A stretch of DNA of 64,000 nt from Mobula hypostoma. Lineage: Eukaryota. The DNA is taken from contig NC_086097.1 in assembly GCF_963921235.1 (NCBI RefSeq), forward strand, positions 190,714,001 through 190,778,000. The letters run 5' to 3'. Every line of letters begins with the position of its first letter. The stretch's first letter is position 1. The notes under the pieces are model-generated. The model searched no databases, was not told where the DNA came from, and was given only the letters and a program-made list of their open reading frames with translations. Positions 25,941 through 39,519 of the stretch are shown in pieces. The position numbers were made by a program, and so were the translations under genes.

Positions 25941-26709
25941 TAAAAAGGTTTTGATATGTTTATTGAGATTTTTTTTTCTTGGATAAAACAGAATAATAGT
26001 GTTTCTATTTTTTCCTTAAATTTTGACAACACTAACCCATAATAATTTAGGATAACTTGCAATTCAAAGTAGATTATGTTTTGTCGTTCAAGATATTCAG
26101 ATCATTAGTAAGGAATGTGTGCGTTGTTCTGCAACTGCTGCACAATTAGGTTGAAAATATTTTGATAGTTCAGACCAGGAAGCACCAAATCTAAACAATA
26201 AGGAAACTTCAAAGTAGTGGAAAAGCAAAACCACAGTCATCTAATACATGATGTATTTGTGTTTGATTTTGCTGCAGCGGTGCAATAGTAGTTGTTGCCG
26301 ATATTATTATGAATAATATAGCTCAAGAGCACTGACAAAATGCCATGTATGGCTGACTGTGCCTGAACCTTGGAGAGAAGGTTTACCATATTCCTCATCT
26401 GACTGGTTTTGGGTAAGTTCTAATGAATACAGGAGGTTATGCTTGCCAAGAGCAGTGGTTGACATGAATCAGAATATTCTCAAAATCTGCAGGAAAAGGT
26501 AAGCATCCAGAGGACATTGCATGAACAAGTCGTGATATAATTCAATAAGGCCTTTGACTTTAATATTTTCAAAGTTTTTCCAAAACTATAGGAACATCTG
26601 AAGAACTGTAATTCAGTTCAAACTACAGTTCATTACAAGTGGTGGGGTGTCAGAGTGGCCATGCAGCCTGGCATAACGGGAACAGCTTGGAAGATGTGTG
26701 CCTTTGTAG

Positions 26710-27310
26710 ATGACCCAGTTTCTCACCGATTTTGCCAACTTAAGTGTCATGGGAGACTGAAACATTAAGACAGCAGGCGGTGTGTACTGCTGTCAGAGAA
26801 AGGACTATGTACTTGAGTGATCCCTCTCTCTCTCTTTCAGAAGGACAGTGAAAGCCTGGCGGTCCTCGAGTCGGCGGGGAGGGGGGGGGAGGTGCTTGGA
26901 GAAGCAACGTGGAAGATTGTAACATTGGAACAGCGAGTTGCTAGTCTCCACTCTTGTTGCATGGGTGACATCTCTCTCTCTCAGTGGGGGAGACAGCCTG
27001 TCTGAGATACCGGAGTGCTGAGTTATGGACTGTAGCTTTTGATGGATTTTAGATCAAGGTCTCTTTGTGGGCTTTTGCTATTGCTTGCATGGTGGGGTGT
27101 TCGGTGTTTCTTCTAGCACAAGTGTGGGGACTGGGAAGGGATGGTCGATGCTTCAGCTGCTGCTTGTGTATGGGAGGGGGAGGGGGTTCAGGGTTTTGAT
27201 TTTTCTATCATTCATTCTGTATGGTTTATTGTTTTGTGGATATCGGCGAAGAGTAAGAATTTTAGGTTGTACACTGTATATGTTCTCCGAATTTACATTA
27301 ACCATTTGAA
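26710..27310 (+). mobile_element. Non-coding element with Rex-like 3' tail
   Basis: GC-richer block ending AAGAATTTTAGGTTGTAC..CATTTGAACC, similar to the ends at ~47360-47428 and ~60000-60065. Confidence 0.55.
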
Positions 27311-27506
27311 CCAATTGCTTTGCCTTTTGGAATAGTTATGAATTCAGTTTGCTGAAAAAGAATATAAACTTTATTTTAATCTGAATTCGAAGCTAAATAT
27401 ATATGTTGATGATACATTTTACTTCATGAATTTGTGCTAGCTGATTACTGACTTAGCTGCTAACTGCATCTCAGGTTAACTGTAGCACAAAAATGGCTTC
27501 ATTGAA

Positions 27507-27602
27507 TCATAACACATCAGAAGTCAGTGAATCCATAGTAATTACAACAAAGTCTTTTCTGTTGCAATTACTGTGAATTCACTGATTTCTGGTGTGTTAT
27601 GA
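27507..27602. repeat. Inverted repeat/hairpin, 43-bp arms, 10-nt loop
   Basis: TCATAACACATCAGAAGTCAGTGAATCCATAGTAATTACAACA matches the reverse complement of 27560-27602 at 38/43. Confidence 0.92.
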
Positions 27603-30469
27603 CATAAAGCTACCAGTGACATGAGTGTCAACTTGCTGGTCACATACCAATCCAGCTTGCCTCTAGCTATTGCTAGAACCATCTGATTCCAAATTACACT
27701 GATCTCTGATAATCCAAGGGTTATATAAACTGGATTTGCACTCTATGGCATTGAGTGAACGAAGTCAGATTGATCTTAAGATTTTGGTTGGATTGACAGA
27801 ATAAATAAAATTACACTTTTCACTTGATAGTGAAGTCCAAAATAAAGAATTTTAAGATTAAATTAGAGCAAGGCCATACAACAGAAAAACTGGAAAGCCC
27901 AATGACTGGCAGAAATATGAATTTATCACCACAAACTCGTGGATTCCAGCCCATTAATTATGTTAATTCTGAGATTGATTGAATTTTGCCAGTCAAACAT
28001 TTAAGTGCCCATGCAGCCAAAGAAAGTGGAGGAAATTGGGAAACAAGTTGCCAAACCAGTACAGACTTTAGAATATGAACTTTCTTCTCCTGCTCCATGG
28101 TTCCTTTGTGAAATAGTTACGCTCTTGCTAATGCACCTGTTTCAATTATCTTAATTGTAAAGGTGATTTACAGAGTTTTAAGTACATTAAAGTTTAGGAT
28201 TGACTTAACAGAATGCTTCCCCCACACCCGGGCAAGCACCTGCTGGGTTATTCTTCATTGCATTCACTGTTACCTTTGCTTATAGTGTCTCAATAGTGAT
28301 TTTTCTCTAACATCTTCCCTGGCACCTATCTTTAAGTGGAAGTAGTGCCAGATATTATTCATGTGATATCCTTCAGCTTCTTATCCATCTTTTTTTTCCT
28401 TTGGGTACTGTTTTTATCCTATTTTAAAATTTGATCTTGAGATATAAGCAATGCTGCTAAGTTTGCATTAATTGACTATCATTAGTTTCCCAGAGAAAGT
28501 GGCAGTGGGCCTACTTGAATATAAATCAAGATCACATATGTATGTATAAATCTAAAATCAGCATTAATGCCTTTGAGACTATGACTAGCACAGACATAGG
28601 AGATTTAGTTTGTCAAGTCTGTTACTGTTAGATTTAGCTTGCCAAGCTGGTTGGAGAGAGTGTTGCTATCACACTGTAAATTTGGCAACCTCAAAGAAAT
28701 TGCTGAGATGGAGGACAGGGGAGTAATATGCTTGGAATTATGAATGTAATTTCTGGGATGCTCTTGGTATCTGATTTATGATTAAAATTTCACCTTTCCT
28801 TTGGCACCTCTCGAATTATTATTTCCAATAGATGTGAAGCAGAGTCTTGTCTGCTCTGTATAAATTGTTTCTGAACAATGCAATATTGATAATAGAGGTC
28901 CCCTGCCATCATCCAGTCTTAGGTTGCTTTGAAGAAAATATTGGATGAACATTCTTTGGTATGTTTTTTTTTCCCAAATCAATACTTGCATATGTTTAAA
29001 TAAAATTACATGTGTGATAATGACAGAGGTGCTGCAATGTAATTTTCACCAGATCAAGCTACGATTTCACAGAGAAGAAAACTGCCACTAATAGCTCTAG
29101 TATGAAATTCATAAATAATAAACATATGACTATGTAAAACCTTATTCCCTCAAATATCTATTCTTCAAATTCAATTTCTGCCTCTCATGTAGGGAATATT
29201 TATTTAAAATTAAATGCAATTGTTTAAATATTGAAATTTATTCTGTATCTTATAATAATTGGATACCCACTGAATATTTACATTTATTAACAGTTCTTTT
29301 ATTATTTACTTTAATTATATGCATTTTAAATAGGACACTAAGCAAGCCTTTGATTGACAAAGATCAAATAAATTCAACAAGCAAATCTATGATAGATTGT
29401 GTCAGAGGCAATGCAGTAACTCATTGTGTATAAAAGTGTCTGCAAATCTCAACAGCTTGACTGGAAAGCTATCATCAAGCTGAGGCAGATTTGATTTCAT
29501 TACCATTTTTATGCAACTGCTGTATCTCACCTCTATTCACAAAGGGCAGGAGCTCAGTATTATTGGATATCCTGGACTGTGTCAATCACTAATCCCCAGA
29601 CCAATTAAACTTTGACACCACCTGCATGCAATTTACCATTGCTTTAAAACTTTCAACAGAAATATAAGTTGGAATTAAAACTATTCTGCATCAACAAGAT
29701 TAATTTCTTCCAGTAGCACATTACTAAGGGCACCACAGAGAAAATTATATTCCCTGGTATCACTCTTTAAGGAACCATGGAAGCTAAGTTGGAATAGCTC
29801 CAAAAAAAAAGCACAGGGATTCAGTGTGAAATTAAACCATACAGACTGTTCTGGTGCAATTACAATATCATCTTTATGCTTATTTACGTGATTGCCACTT
29901 ACAAGTAGGGTAGACCCTCTCTACTTATTGTTTTTTGTTTTGCTTCAACAAGGGTTGCAGCCTTCATATTACTTTACATGATTGCCACTTGCAAACAGGT
30001 TGGACCCATCTTCATGTCAATTTACATGATCGCAATTTGCAACTAGTGTGAACCTTCTCTATTCCTTGATATATTGCTTCAAACAGGTCCCAAGCTTTAT
30101 AACAGGTGAATATATATATTAAAGCTAGTCGATATTAGTTAAAGGCATCCATTACCTCTTGAAAGACAAAGGTGTAGGAGCTGGAACACACTTTCAAACC
30201 TTCCAGTCCTAAGAGACATTCAAAAATAGTATAACATGAGACTGAGCAAGCCCTGTAGCTCAGTTAAAATCTTGGCCCAGGAGCTAGTGTGGAGGGTTTT
30301 TTCAGGAAGACCAGGGTTAAGTTTCAGAATATTGTTCTCTACCAATATATGGAGAAATTTATTCTTCTGAATTTTCTATCCCAGAGAGTTATGGAAGCTC
30401 AGTACCCTACTCCTCCCCTCACTGTTTTGATCACCCATTCATGCCCTCACTTATGTATGCAGGTCATCT

Positions 30470-30620
30470 TCCTTCTATCTTTCAGTCTAGATGAAGGCTC
30501 TCAAACTGATACATTGACCATTTGTTTCCTACTACAGATGTTTCCTGGCCCACTGAGTTCTGCCAGCAACTTGTTTTTTTGCTCCAGGTTCCAGCTTCTG
30601 CAGTCTTTTGTGTCTCCTCC
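30470..30620 (+). mobile_element. Penelope-tail short repeat
   Basis: TTTCAGTCTAGATGAAGGCTCTC..CAGATGTTTCCTGGCCCACTGAGTTC..TTCCAGCTTCTGCAGTC. Confidence 0.65.
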
Positions 30621-33600
30621 TTGACCACTATTCATCTCCTACTGCAAGCCAATTTTATATCAAATTTGCTATCCCAGCTTAGATCCCATATATTCTAACC
30701 AGCCTACTATACAAAACCTTGTAAAAGTTCTTGCTAAAGCCATGTAGACATTATCTATTACCCTGGATTCATCAACTTCCTTATTTGCCTCTTCACATGA
30801 TGAAGTCAAATTTATGACAACTAATCTCTCATGAACAAGTCAACTCTGGGATTCCTGAATCAATCATTGCCTTCCCAAAAGTTGATTAAATCCTGTCTAC
30901 AGCATATAGGATACAATCCCTAAAAAAACATTTGGTGTACTGTACTATAAAAAAGATGAAAAAATACTATACTTATTATACATAAATTAGAATATACTTT
31001 CTGAAGAAGTAAAATCTAGAAGAGTTAAACATTAATGGAAAGAATAATGGTAAAATTATGGTAAAAATAAGGAAATAGCAATATTGATCACTAAGTTGGC
31101 ATAAAAATTGATGAATGTCAACAATTCCTTAGACGATAATTGTGGATATGGATAAGGTGAAAGCTTTAAACTTCTCAAATCTAAAAATTTCATTAATAGA
31201 TAATGACTACAAACCAATTCTCTCTGGCACTTACAATGAAACCAAACAACACAGAATAATCCCAGAGAAGGTAGATTTTGACTTGATTCTAGACTTCAAG
31301 TAACAATACTTGCTTACCTTTTCTCTCTATGCAGACCAAAGTATTGGGGAAATAATGCAACATTCTTATTGAAGGAGAATGTACCTGAAATGTCAACAAT
31401 TTCTGATACAAGGCACCACCTCTTATATGATTTAACAGCACCCACATGTCTCACTGACAACTACACATTGAAGGGCAAGTGTTGATCTTCAACAGCAAAG
31501 CGGTAATAAACTTGAACTGCTTAATACATTTACACAGTGTAATTATGGAAACGTGCCATTATAAGTACTCTATTGTAATGCCTTTATGGAAAAGCTTTTA
31601 CCAGATGTCAAGTTTCATCTCCCACCATCCAGTGTAATCATCATGTACAGGATTATGATTACCTCTTGACTCAATCTTCTTACACAAGTCAGATCTCTTT
31701 ATACATAAATATCAGGAGTTAGTACGTTTACCAATCTAGTCATGAAATTGAATTGGGTAGGAGATCTCATTATGAGTGGCTCATGAATGCTTCTAAAAGT
31801 TAGCCATTTCTTAATAATGGCAGCTTGAATTTGTATTTAAAGTCTCAAGTGTTCTGAGTCTGCATCATTAATCTTTGATCACTGCTGCCATTCAATACGC
31901 AATCAAACAGATGGAACAAAATCCCTAACAACATTCATAATAATATTTGGACTGTTAGAATAATCTGAAAGACCTCGTTCAATGTCAGAGCATTGCAAAA
32001 GAAACACATTGATCCTAAGTATGTCCTTACCCAACTTTCTGTGTTGGTTTAAACTTACTGAGCCATACGTATGATTTTTTACCCCAAGATATCTTTCGAT
32101 ACATGCATCAAGTTTTCTCTCACCCTCCCCCAAATCAATAAAATCTAATTCCTGTTCGGCTTAATTAGCTAACTTTGGTCCTTAGTCTGGCTTTTAGAAA
32201 TCAAATAAAATACAGTAGATTTAATAATATTAATATCTAGACCTGTTTTTCACTGATAGCTCCAAATATTCATTTATTGCACATTTCTGCATATGAATTA
32301 CTCAGCAAACCCATTTCATTTTTATTGGCTGAGGATGTATAGTTCAATTAATTTATCTTTGCAGTAAAAACTCTTACTGCTCAGCAGAAACAGTGTGGTT
32401 GTAAGTAAGTGCAATTGCTCGAGTCAAGTATGATATTTTACTAAGGGTTTGACTATTGGTGGTTCCCAATGTGGCTGTAGAAGCCGATCCAGGGTCCACA
32501 CAGTATATTCTGGTGCAGTGTGGGCAAGAGTAGGTGCTTAATGGCTGTGTCTTTTGGTTATCTGGTCTCTCCTTTCTCAGCTGCCACTTGTTCTCTGTAG
32601 CACAGAGAAAGTTGTTCTCATGTAGTACAACATGTAGTCCCTCTTAAACACATTTCCTCCAGGTGTATCTATTGAGTGCAATGTCTTCCCAGTTTTCAAA
32701 TATAATGTTGAATTTCTTCAACCTGATTTTGATGTTATCTGTGATAGGCACTGAACTCAATGGGCATATTCTGAGCAGACAGCAACCAACCAGCTAAGGT
32801 AGCATCCAAACTAATATAGTTTCTATTTTTGTGAGCTGAGAGGAGTCAATATATTCCTTCAGGTATGAGAAATCAGCAAAGGTTGCCAACAATTTCTGAC
32901 AAACCTTTCTTTTATAGGCGACATCCTATTTTAGTTAGGTACTTCCCACTGCTCAAAGGCTGACTGGGTTATTAAACATTGTATGGCATGGACCTTGCCA
33001 ACATTTCTAGGCTTTTAAGTCTTAGCCTAATGTGTCACAGCATTGTTTTTAATAGTCTAAAATATATTTCTGAGCTTGACAATTTAAATTGATGGTCAGT
33101 ATACATATGTGTGGCCAGGCAGAGATTAGTGGGGGAGGATAGAAGATTACTAATACTCCATTTATTTAGGGCAAAATTAAACATAAAAAATAGAACATTT
33201 TTAACTATGCAGAAACTTGTTTTCCTAATCATGATTATTGTAATCATTGTTTCCCTAATTGTGACTGTTGATTGACGAAGGATATTATGCATCATTTTAA
33301 ACGGTTCTCTTTATTTATTGCTAAATAAGGTGATTCATTATGTAGAACTTTAACATTAAGCTATACAGTAATTAACAACAATAAACTCCACTACACAACT
33401 CATTTCCATTTCTAAAACTTAAGTCTTTGTTTCAGGTCTTTTTTGTAACATAAAAGCAAAACAGCATAATACACTAAATTAGTCATAGATATTTCTTTTT
33501 CTAAAAATTGAAAAGAATTACAGTTGACGAATTTAATAACTTAATTGAGGATGAATATTATAGATGATTGCTTGTATTCCATGGAAGTTCTGTTTATTTT

Positions 33601-33674
33601 ATATAGCACATTTGTTATGAGGACAGCAGGAGCTTGTGTGATTATATTACATTCTGGTCCCAGTATAACAGTGA

Positions 33675-34085
33675 GGTGAAATGAGGGCCTCCGTTAATCA
33701 GAGTTGACCATGGATATTGCATTCTAGTTGTGTAGATATACAAGCCCGGAGAGCAAGCTGTTGCCCATGTAGCAAGCTCCCCCTCTCCACGCGCCTGACA
33801 AATCCAAAGGAACGGCAGAGACTGATACAGATTGGTACCAGCAGTGCCGCAGGAATTGTCAGTCAGTATTGAACTCAATATTGGACTGCCCTAGGGATTC
33901 CAGCTCTGGATTTTTCCCCTGGGGCTTACTCCCAAAGCCTTCCCCTTGAGCAGATATAGTTGCATGGCAGCGGGGGTTTGAGATCAGAGTTTTCCTTCTC
34001 CCAAATGAGCTGCCAGTCTCAGCTGACAAACCCCATTTGCCCGAAGCAACTGATTTTAAGGCTCCAGTAACCCGCCTTTGCCCTT
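33675..34085 (-). mobile_element. Probable RTE-derived non-autonomous element
   Basis: Shares GTTGCCCATG..CAAG..CCCCTCTCCACG..TCCAAAGGAA with the SINE tails at 37380-37450 and 52943-53000; the other end resembles RTE 5' UTRs. Confidence 0.55.
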
Positions 34086-35569
34086 TCTCTAGAATAACAG
34101 TAGATTTAGTTTATCATTCTAAATCACCTGAATAAATTGCAAATGCTAAACATTGGGTCTGTACCAAATCATACAAAGATCCATATATCTATATATCTAT
34201 TGTGTGATTATATTAGTGACTGAACTGACTGTTGAGTGTATAGTTTCAAACAAATATCTTCAGCTCAGAAGCAAGGCTGAGGTACCTTATTTATTTTCCA
34301 AAAATCTCTAAAGCGCAGCATTAAAAAATTATCCAAGACCTATTCGATTTTTCCACAGATGGATTTCTAAATCCAACAATATTCTTCTTCTAAATAGCCT
34401 GCCATATCAATGAATGCTGATGTTCTAAAACACCTGTCTACTAAACAGAAACCACCACAAACAACGTCAATGTAAAGTTGAACAAAAGGGCCATCATTTA
34501 CTGTGCCTGAGTAGCCGGCAATTAGACTGGCAGAAGGTGAGAGGGTAAAAGAAGGCATAAATGACTATTGCCCCTTTTCTCCCTCAAATCTCTGAAAAAA
34601 GAGGTAGCAAATATATTCAGAGAACCACTGACAATCTCAGTTCAGTACCAGCTTTAATGTGTTTTTTTTTAAATGCTGATGAACTGCTTTGCCTATGCAG
34701 ATTTGATATGAATTTAATATTTCTTTGAATCAAAAAAAGTTGCAATTTAAAGGAATTGTAGAGGCACTGAGCTAATGGCACAATATGTTTCTACAATTGC
34801 TGTGAGGTGACTTCAAAGTGGTTTCACACCTCTTCAGTTTCCCACTGGTTACAGAAATCACCTTATTAAAAATGGATTTAAAAGGCTCCTGGTGGTTTCT
34901 TGGACTGTTTGTTAATGCTATTAAAAAGCCAACAGGATCACAAATTAATTGGCATCCTGAATGGAGCCCCATGCTTGCACATCATTCCAATAAAAAATCC
35001 TTCCAATAATAAATGGTTCAGCCACCCTTTATTGGCCACTGTAACTTTTCTCAGATAAGCTGGTTACATTATTTTTAATTTTGCTTGAGAGATAACTACA
35101 TAGCTATAAGTCACATTTTACACAGGTTGGGTTAGAACAGTACATTTTTGCACTGCTAGTATTACTAACATTAGTTTTTAAAATCCATATTAATTTTGGC
35201 TCCAACCAATTTGGTATGCAGATTTGCAGGTAACAGCAGCATTTATTACTGCCCCTCCTTTAGCTATCATTGAGATGTGGATAATGAACTGACTTCCTGT
35301 AGCGTTTTAGTCTCAGAGGTTCTCTGAGGTGCAGGACATTCAATCAGCAGATTGGTATGAAAATGTAGAGGATGTAGGTTTCCCACATATTTGCTGCCCT
35401 TATGATTTATAATGTACAAACTTGGAAGGGATGGATTTCATCAGACATTTGTCCAGCTGAAGACATGAAACAATTCTTCAGAAACTGAAGATAGGAGTAG
35501 TTGCTGGAATAAGTGGTGATACAGAGGTGACAATCTCAAAATGTGTTGAGAAGACAAATCTTGAAAGAA

Positions 35570-35665
35570 ACACACACCGAGTGTTGGAGGAATTCAGCAG
35601 GTCAGGCAGCATTTGCAGAAATGAATAAACAGTCAAGTTTTAGGCCAAGACCTTTCTTTTAGGAC
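35570..35665 (-). mobile_element. Penelope-tail short repeat
   Basis: GTTGGAGGAATTCAGCAGGTCAGGCAGCAT..ACAGTCAAGTTTTAGGCCAAGACC. Confidence 0.65.
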
Positions 35666-35994
35666 TGCCAGATCTTGAAAGAGCCTCACACTGAACATTC
35701 TGTTACCTTAAGCATGAAGGCAACTGACAGAAGTTTTGTTTATTTACATACTTTTGTTAAAGATCTTAAAGCGCTAGTGAACATGTACAGTTCTTTTTGT
35801 CAAGATGGCAGATCCAAGTCTGTAAAATACATGTAAAATGAGAAAATGCATTAATCATTGAGAAGGATTGATGCATTTTTGATTATGGTTAGCCACTCAA
35901 ACTGGATCAGTCAAAAGTTTAGACATCTGCCCCACAGTACAGCATACTTTGTGGAACGGAGATTGTTAATGGTCCACAGTTCTATTCCTCACCA

Positions 35995-38191
35995 CTTCAG
36001 GGCTCTTAGGAGTTACAAGGTAGCCAGTAAAGAGCTTAAGAAGGGACAAGAGTGCTATAAAGGGAGACAAGAAGGACTTGGTGAGTAGGATTAAGAAAAA
36101 ATCCAGGACATTCTGCACATACATGAAAAACAGGAGGATGAGTGAGGGTAGGACTGAGTAGGAATAAAAAAGGAAATGTGCTTGCAGTCAGAGAATGGAG
36201 GGGAGAATCTGAATAAAGACTTTACTTCAGAACCTATCAGTTAGGGGCCCTTGATGAACGTAAAGACAGAGTAGAACAGTCTGATATGCTGGAATTTCTT
36301 AATGTCAACATTAAGAAAGAGGATGTGCTGGAACTTTTGGAAAATTTTACGATAGCTAAGTACCAAGGGCTGGATGTCAGACACCCCAGGTTAATATGGG
36401 AGGCAAAGCAAGAGACTTCTGTGCCATTGGCCATGATTTTGCATCCTCACTGGCTACTGGAGTACTAGAAGACTGGAAATTTGCAAAAGTTATTCCTTTA
36501 TTCAAGAAAGGTAATGGGATAATCCTGGGAGTTATAGACCTGTCATTCTTACATCACCATTGGGCAAAATATTAGAGAGGATTCTTCGAAACTGGATTTA
36601 CAAGCATTTGGAGAAGTAAAGTCTGATTAGTGATAATCCACATGGGTTTGTAAGAGGCATGTCATGCCATACAAACTAGATTGGCTTTTTCAAAGAAATG
36701 ACTAATGAAATTGATGAAGGTAGACAGTAGATGGGTTGTATATTAATAAGATGTTTGACAAGGTTCTCTTGATAGTCTTATTCACAAAGTCATGAGGCAT
36801 GAGATCCAGGGTAGCTTGGCTGCTTGGATTCAGAATTGGCTTGCCCACAAAAGGCAGACAATAGTAGGTGGAGTGTATTCTGCTTGGAGGTTGGTCACTA
36901 GTAGTGTTCTGCAGGGATCTATTCTGGACCTGTGCTCTTAGTGATTTTTATAAATGACTTAGATGAGGAAGTAGAAGGGTGGTTAGTAAGTTTGAAGATG
37001 ACGTGTTTGTGGGTTTGTGGATACTGTAGAGGTTGTTGTATGTTGAAATAGGTCATTGAAAGGATTCAGAGCTGGGCTGAGAAGTGGTAGATGGAGTTTA
37101 ATCTGAAAAAGTGTGAATTGATACACATCGGAATATCAAACTTGAAGACTGAGTGCAATGTTAACAGCAGGATTCTTTGAAGAACAGAGGACCTTGGGTT
37201 CCATGTACATAGACCCTCAAGTTGATAGAATGGTTAAGAAGGCATGTGGCCAAGTGGTTAAGTCGTCGGTCTAGTGATCTGAAGGTCACTAGTTCGAGCC
37301 TCAGCTGAGGCAGCGTGTTGTGTCCTTGAGCAAGGCACTTAACCACACATTGCTCTGTGATGACACCGGTGCCAAGTTGTATCGGCCCTAGTGCCCTTCC
37401 TTTGGACAATATCGGTGGCATGGAGAAGGGAGACTTGCAGCATGGGCAACTGCCGGTCTTCCATACAAGCTTACCCAGGCCTGCACCCTGGAAACCTTCC
37501 AAGGTGCAAATCCATGGTCTCACAAGACTAACGGATGCCTATATAAGAAGGCATATGGTGTTTTGGCCTTTATTAGTAGTGGCATTGAGGTTAAGAGCTG
37601 TGAGGTAATGTTGCAGCTGTATAAAACTCTGGTTGGACTAAATTTGGAGAATGGTGTTCATTTCTGGTCACTTAATTGTAGGAAGGATATAGAAGCTTTA
37701 GTGGGGGTGCAAAGTGAATTTATGAGAATGCTTCCTGGATTAGTGAACATGTCTTACAAGGGTTATTTGAACAAGCTAGGGCTCTCCTTCTAGAAAGACA
37801 AAGAATGAGAGTCGACTTGCTGGAGGTGTATAAGATAATATGAGGCATAGGTAGAGTGGACAGTACTTTTTCCCAGGGTGTCAATAGCAAATACAAGAGG
37901 ACATATGTTTAAGGTCATTGGAGGAAAAATATAGAGATCATAGCAGAGGCAATTTTTTTTTGTACAGAGTGTGGTAAGTGCATGGATTGTTCTGCTTGGG
38001 GTAGCAGTGGAGGTAAATACATTATGGACATTTAGGAGAGCCTTAGACACTCACACAGATGAAAGAAAAATGGAGGGCTAAGTGGAGGGAAGGGATAGAT
38101 TAATCCTAGAGTAGGCTTATAAAGGTTGGCACAACATTGTGGGCAGTAGGGTCTGTACAGTGCTATACCGTTCTATGTTCTCTGTGCTATG
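35995..38191 (+). mobile_element. Degenerate 5'-truncated CR1
   Basis: Decayed RT motifs, ORF 37563-37793 LQLYKTLV..HFWS, TTCTATG tail near 38171. Confidence 0.88.
37241..37543 (+). mobile_element. tRNA-derived CORE-like SINE inserted in CR1
   Basis: A-box TGGCCAAGTGG, B-box GTTCGAGCC, CORE-like TGTGTCCTTGAGCAAGGCACTTAACC; TAAGAAGGCAT duplicated at 37235 and 37544. Confidence 0.85.
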
Positions 38192-38319
38192 TTTTGAAGG
38201 CATAATGGCATTAAGCACCCATTTACTTTTTTAAATCGAAGGACCATGGGAGCAAAGCAACTCTGTGTTGCAGAGGGACACTATTCCGTGCCACTCCAAA
38301 AAGTGCAGTAGCCGTCCTT

Positions 38320-38700
38320 TAATTATATGTCCAAGGATATTTTAAATGTGATGAGGATGTCTGCCTCTACCATATATACAGTGGTAAACCAGAGCCTGTC
38401 ACCATCAAGGTAAAAGGAAGTATTTCTCATCTCTCCTTTAATTCTGCCAGAAGTTATTGTAAATCTATTCTTAATTTGTAACTTCTCTGCTAAGGGAATT
38501 AAATTCTCCCTATTTACTCGATCCAGGCTTCTCGTAATTTTATACATCACAATTGAATATGTCCCAAATTCTATTCTATTTCAAAGAAAACAATTCTAAT
38601 ATTCAATCTTTCTTCAAGTTCAGCCAACATCTTCACTGATCTTCTCAATAGCATTTCCAATGCCAAGCTACAGCTGAACACAATTCTAGCAAAGCTACCA
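38320..38700 (-). mobile_element. Old CR1 3' fragment
   Basis: ORF 38323-38550 MYKITRSLDRVNRENLIPLA..VEADILITFKISLD. Confidence 0.7.
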
Positions 38701-38719
38701 TGATCTTATATTCCATATA

Positions 38720-39495
38720 TAGAACATAGAACATAGAGTAGTAGAGCACATTACAGGCCCTTCAACCCATAATGTTGTGCCGACCCTCAAACCCTGCCTC
38801 GCATATAACCCCCCACCTTAAATTCCTCCATATGCCTGTCTAGTAGTCTCTTAAACTTTACGAGTGTATCTGCCTTCACCAATGACTCAGACAGTACATT
38901 CCACGCACCAACCACTCTCTGAGTAAAAAAACCTTCCTCTAATATCCCCCTTGAACTTCCCACCCCTTACCTTAAAGCGATGTCCTCTTGTATTGAGCAG
39001 TGGTGCCCTGGGGAAGAGGCGCTGGCTATCCACTCTATCTATTCCTCTTATTATCTTGTATATCTCTATCATGTCTCCTCTCATCCTTCTTCTCTCCAAA
39101 GAGTAAAGCCCTAGCTCCCTTAATCTCTGATCATAATCCATACTCTAAATCAGGCAGCATCCCGGTAAATCTTCTCTGTACCCTTTCCAATGCTTCCACA
39201 TCCTTCCTATAGTGAGGCGACCAGAACTGGACACAGTACTCCAAGTGTGGCCTAACCAGAGTTTTATAGAGCTGCATCATTACATTGCGACTCTCAACCT
39301 CTATCTCTCGACTTATGAAAGCTAACACCCCATAAGCTTTCTTAACTACCCTATCTACCTGTGAGGCAACTTTCAGGGATCTGTGGACATGTACCCCTAG
39401 ATCCCTCTGCTCCTCCACACTACCAAGTATCCTGCTATTTACTTTGTACTCTGCCTTGGAGTTTGTCCTTCCAAGGTGTGCCACCTCACACTTAT
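38720..39495 (-). mobile_element. Relatively young 5'-truncated CR1
   Basis: ORFs 39131-39502 and 38887-39141; AGAACATAGAACATAG tail. Confidence 0.93.
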
Positions 39496-39519
39496 AGTTC
39501 AAAGTTAATAAGTTAATAA

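Noticed and set aside
34367..34558. 63-aa ATG-initiated ORF in unique DNA
   Set aside because: No recognisable domain or supporting gene structure; the length is expected by chance
37241..37315. tRNA gene
   Set aside because: The A/B boxes are a SINE head followed by a CORE-like body and flanked by a TSD; the same applies near 19060, 47690 and 53090
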